Below, piece after piece: positions 60,865-64,000 of a DNA stretch of 64,000 nt; positions within the stretch are counted from its first letter, which is position 1; the number at the start of each line of letters is the position of its first letter. The notes under the pieces are model-generated. The model searched no databases. It saw nothing but the letters and a program-made list of their open reading frames with translations, and was not told the DNA's origin. The position numbers and the translations under genes were made by a program. The stretch comes from Waddliaceae bacterium (GTDB lineage Bacteria > Chlamydiota > Chlamydiia > Chlamydiales > Waddliaceae): the NCBI GenBank assembly GCA_963724325.1, contig CAVRUH010000007.1, forward strand, positions 192,001 to 256,000. Direction: 5' to 3'.

Positions 60865-62325
60865 CTATTTCTGCGATATTCCCTGTGCGAAATGTTGGAT
60901 GAGTTGAGTTAAACTTGTCAATATCGCAGCTGCTGACTGATAAAACTGTTGGAACACGAACAAATACTGCTGTGTCTGCTGTTGCTGTTGGTTATTCAAG
61001 TTTTCGCCAGAAGTTATCGCATTGTTAATTCCCGTCTGTATAGTACCTGCAGCTCCTGTGGCAGCATTTGGAGAATTGCTATAGTTATCCAACAACCAGA
61101 TTTTAACCGCATTTGGCAGTACATTACGTTGGATAGGCACAACTACGAATGATACATTATATGCTGCCGAAATCTGATTCGGAAATAATTTAAGACCATT
61201 AAGTGCAGGGTTTCCTTGTTGAGTTCCATAAAGGTTAGCATAATATAACGCTAAATTATACTGGCTAAACGTTAATGAAGCCGGTGCACCTGAAAGGGCA
61301 CCGGAAATCAAATTGTAAACACTCGATTGTGTCATCGTTGGTCCGGCTGCCGCTGCATTTAATGCTGTATTCATTCCGCTATAAACAACTCTTAATTGAC
61401 CTAGCAGTGACTGAGAGTTACTTAGAGCTCCCACTGAAGTTTGGCCAGCTAATGTTGAAATCTCAAGACGTATTTGGTCGCGTAACTGCAAAAATTGAAC
61501 TACGGCCGGCGTATAGGCACCCGTTGCCGCAAGCGCTGAGGTCATAGATGGGGTCAATTCAGGAGTAATTGCACTAAAGTGTGCTGAAGCAATGCCTTGG
61601 ATCTGTTCCAAGAACAGTGACACACCGCCGATTTGCGACTTAGTCCAGAAGACACCTGCAGCTTTATGCGCACTCAAAGACAATGCAAGACGGCCAGAAA
61701 TACCCGTAATTATGTTCACGGCTGAAGGAAAGGTGTTTTTATTAACAACGGTAATTTGGTTGTGCAAAGTTTGCAATTGATTCAACGTAGTCAACACGCT
61801 TGAAGTAGCACTCAAAGCACTTTGCAATTGACCAAGATTATCGGAAATGATTTCATTTCCAGTATTGACGTATACGAGTTCCACAAGGGCCTGCAACGAC
61901 TGGTTTCCTGCCGTACCTGAATAGTTGGCTCCTGTCAAAGCTGTTCCAGTAACTGAACTCGTCGCAAAGGCTTGGTCCTGCCATGCTTGTAATTGTGCTT
62001 GTGTAACGGTTACTGCACCTGGACCCGAAGGTTGAATGCCGGCTGCTGTAAACGTGGCGTATACCTGACTTAACGCCTGTCCCATCGGCAGGCTCATTTG
62101 CCCTGATGCAGCTAAAGAGTTCAATCCATTAATACTAGCAGAAACATTCGCAGCATCTGCGCTAGTTGGCGTATACGTTCCTCCATTATTGAGAAAGTTA
62201 ATAAACGTACCAATATAAGCTGTGTAACTTGCTGCGGCCGCCGCTGCTGCCACTTCAGGTTGTGCCTGATACTGCACTCCACCGATAGTTACATTAACTA
62301 GGTCGACTGGTGTTGGGGTTGACAT
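60865..62325 (-). CDS. Ala/Thr/Gln-rich putative T3SS-secreted protein
   Basis: AGGAGG RBS; start MSTPTPV resembles MSSPTPV of the next gene; amphipathic C-terminal helix. Confidence 0.75.
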   Translation of the reverse strand: MSTPTPVDLVNVTIGGVQYQAQPEVAAAAAAASYTAYIGTFINFLNNGGTYTPTSADAANVSASINGLNSLAASGQMSLPMGQALSQVYATFTAAGIQPSGPGAVTVTQAQLQAWQDQAFATSSVTGTALTGANYSGTAGNQSLQALVELVYVNTGNEIISDNLGQLQSALSATSSVLTTLNQLQTLHNQITVVNKNTFPSAVNIITGISGRLALSLSAHKAAGVFWTKSQIGGVSLFLEQIQGIASAHFSAITPELTPSMTSALAATGAYTPAVVQFLQLRDQIRLEISTLAGQTSVGALSNSQSLLGQLRVVYSGMNTALNAAAAGPTMTQSSVYNLISGALSGAPASLTFSQYNLALYYANLYGTQQGNPALNGLKLFPNQISAAYNVSFVVVPIQRNVLPNAVKIWLLDNYSNSPNAATGAAGTIQTGINNAITSGENLNNQQQQQTQQYLFVFQQFYQSAAAILTSLTQLIQHFAQGISQK

Positions 62326-62351
62326 ATATTGCCTCCTATACCTCTATTCTC

Positions 62352-62380
62352 ATTATACATAATTTTTATTTTAATTGCAA
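62352..62380 (-). promoter_or_regulatory. Sigma66/70-type promoter for 60865-62325 and downstream genes
   Basis: Minus strand reads TTGCAA-17 bp-TATAAT, then AGGAGG and the ATG. Confidence 0.7.
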
Positions 62381-62399
62381 CCATGGAACTAACATTTCC

Positions 62400-64000
62400 T
62401 TATACAGGGGAAGAAACTCCCAATGTATCACCCGACATATGAGCTCCCATTGCACCTCGTAAACTACTGGTTGTGTTAATAGCCATATCGCCAATTCCGG
62501 TGCTGATATGCTGAGATATTCCCAAGGGTTGGCTGACTTTAGCTAAATAATTGTTAATTGTATCCTGTTCATTGTTAATATTCAGATCTATGGCATTTTG
62601 TTTTATAGTTGCAATCTGATTCCCAATCTGCTTAGTTGTATCCTGTATCGTATTCAAAATGCTCTGTTTGACCACCTGAGCCTTAACAGGCCCCAAATCT
62701 GCCAAGAGATTGTCTAAATGATCGGAAATTTGTGTATGAACATCCACAGTTTGTGTAGGTCCTGTCTGATTAAGTACTAATTTAGGTGTATTTATTTGAG
62801 CCTGATTTATTGAAAATGCAAGGTCGTTATGGACATTTAAGGAATTCTGTACAGCGCGTTCTAACTGATCCTTTTTAGCGGCCTCATCGACAATTTGCGA
62901 CAGGTTTTTAGTGTCCTGTCCAATCTGATTCACAATAAACTCTTTGATACTTTCGGTAGAGAATAGCGATGCCAGTACCGCAGGGTTGCTTTGAGTCGGC
63001 TCATTTACTGCTGCCGTCGTAACTGCGCTCGTCTCTGGAGCAGCCACTGGATTGGTCGCAGGAGCACCAGCTGGCACTGTTTCTTGTACTTGTGCTTGAG
63101 CTTGAATTTGTGCTTGTGCTTGTGATGAGACTATTAGCTTTTCACTCGGAGTCAATCCTTCAACGCTAGATAACACCTGATTGCTTAAATTTGTGATACC
63201 CAATGATTTCTCTAACAGATTCAAACCTACTCCTAATAGCGCGAGATTCAAATGTGGAGTCACCGCATTAGCTACAGCAGCGATCTGTCCTGTTGACGCA
63301 ACAGTACCTAGGTCCTTTTTCAGCTGGGCATTCGCTACTAATTTTAATGCGTCAGTGTTAACCACGTTGTTAATTTGATGCCCAACAGCCGCTCCAACAA
63401 CAGCAGCGCCTGCCGGACTGTTTGTGGGCACACCCTCGACTTCATTTCCGAGCGTTTGCGCCGCACTAACTCCTGCTTGAACACCAGAACTTTCCAGTGC
63501 CCCAAAAACAGTGAGCTGTAACTTCTTTTTTGCCGGATCAAGTGATCCAAAATCATTAGGTATATTTATACTTGACGTAACAGTAGCTAGATTACCAGTT
63601 GCAGCAAGTAAAGTTGCGTCCGATGATACTGCACCGCCAAGCTGCAATGGGCCAGTCGAGCCCTGCTGTGAAACCTCTGGCTTTTGTTTCTTTTCGACAA
63701 AAGACTTCGGTAAGATTCCCCCCGATTGATTGGGCTTCTGACTGTCCAATAGTGATTTGACATCACTTCGATAATTTGTAGTAAAAATATTAAGCAAAGT
63801 TCCCTGCGCATGAAGTGCTGCTGTTAGATCTAGAAAGTCATAGGACGCAAACACATCTGTGGGCGTGGGAGGACTGCTAAAGGTCGAACCAATGAGGCTT
63901 GATAGTGAACCAACGCTCGCGACGTTGCCATTCTTATCAAGCGAAACAACAGACCCAACTCCAGGCAGCAGCGGTATAGAAGGAATTGACGGCCCCGATC
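62400..64000 (-). CDS. Hypothetical Ala/Gln/Thr-rich protein, 5' end beyond the window
   Basis: The frame stays open from the track start (63854) to the window edge (SGPSIPSIPLLPGVGS...PTPTDVFASY). Confidence 0.75.
   Translation of the reverse strand, partial: SGPSIPSIPLLPGVGSVVSLDKNGNVASVGSLSSLIGSTFSSPPTPTDVFASYDFLDLTAALHAQGTLLNIFTTNYRSDVKSLLDSQKPNQSGGILPKSFVEKKQKPEVSQQGSTGPLQLGGAVSSDATLLAATGNLATVTSSINIPNDFGSLDPAKKKLQLTVFGALESSGVQAGVSAAQTLGNEVEGVPTNSPAGAAVVGAAVGHQINNVVNTDALKLVANAQLKKDLGTVASTGQIAAVANAVTPHLNLALLGVGLNLLEKSLGITNLSNQVLSSVEGLTPSEKLIVSSQAQAQIQAQAQVQETVPAGAPATNPVAAPETSAVTTAAVNEPTQSNPAVLASLFSTESIKEFIVNQIGQDTKNLSQIVDEAAKKDQLERAVQNSLNVHNDLAFSINQAQINTPKLVLNQTGPTQTVDVHTQISDHLDNLLADLGPVKAQVVKQSILNTIQDTTKQIGNQIATIKQNAIDLNINNEQDTINNYLAKVSQPLGISQHISTGIGDMAINTTSSLRGAMGAHMSGDTLGVSSPV

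Noticed and set aside
3156..63811. Numerous 60-170 aa ORFs antisense to or nested within long genes
   Set aside because: Shadow frames with no RBS or recognisable motifs.

Overview
64 kb from an environmental Chlamydiae (Parachlamydiales-like) chromosome. The lineage is inferred from the Scc4-like/SctD pair, the SycD/LcrH chaperones with CopB/CopD-like translocators, an F-box protein and several chlamydia-style hypothetical proteins. Bases 1-17.8 kb are a decaying accessory region bracketed by two inverted copies of an IS481-like element carrying a passenger gene; the complete copy has a 15-bp target duplication. This region also holds an autotransporter relic with a 105-bp hairpin, a PP2C-like effector candidate, a partial pgm duplicate joined to a Panacea/DUF4065 antitoxin remnant, intact pgm and a beta-CASP nuclease. 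The middle holds pyk, mtaB, kbl, dnaN, recF, ppa, tdh, effector-like genes and a 2188-aa protein with a nucleotidyltransferase-like head. Bases 50.7-64 kb are a type III secretion translocon locus. Top finding: a 1824-bp element (38245-40068) encoding a large serine recombinase, bounded by 23-bp inverted repeats and inserted at a TG core inside a dispersed REP-like palindrome whose empty copies occur at 24.5-24.8 kb. The recombinase takes its stop codon from the target. In the predicted excised circle it would read in frame through attP into a 79-aa extension, which suggests an integration-state-dependent C-terminal switch. No tRNA, rRNA or CRISPR array was recognised. All family assignments come from motif recognition by eye, not from database searches.
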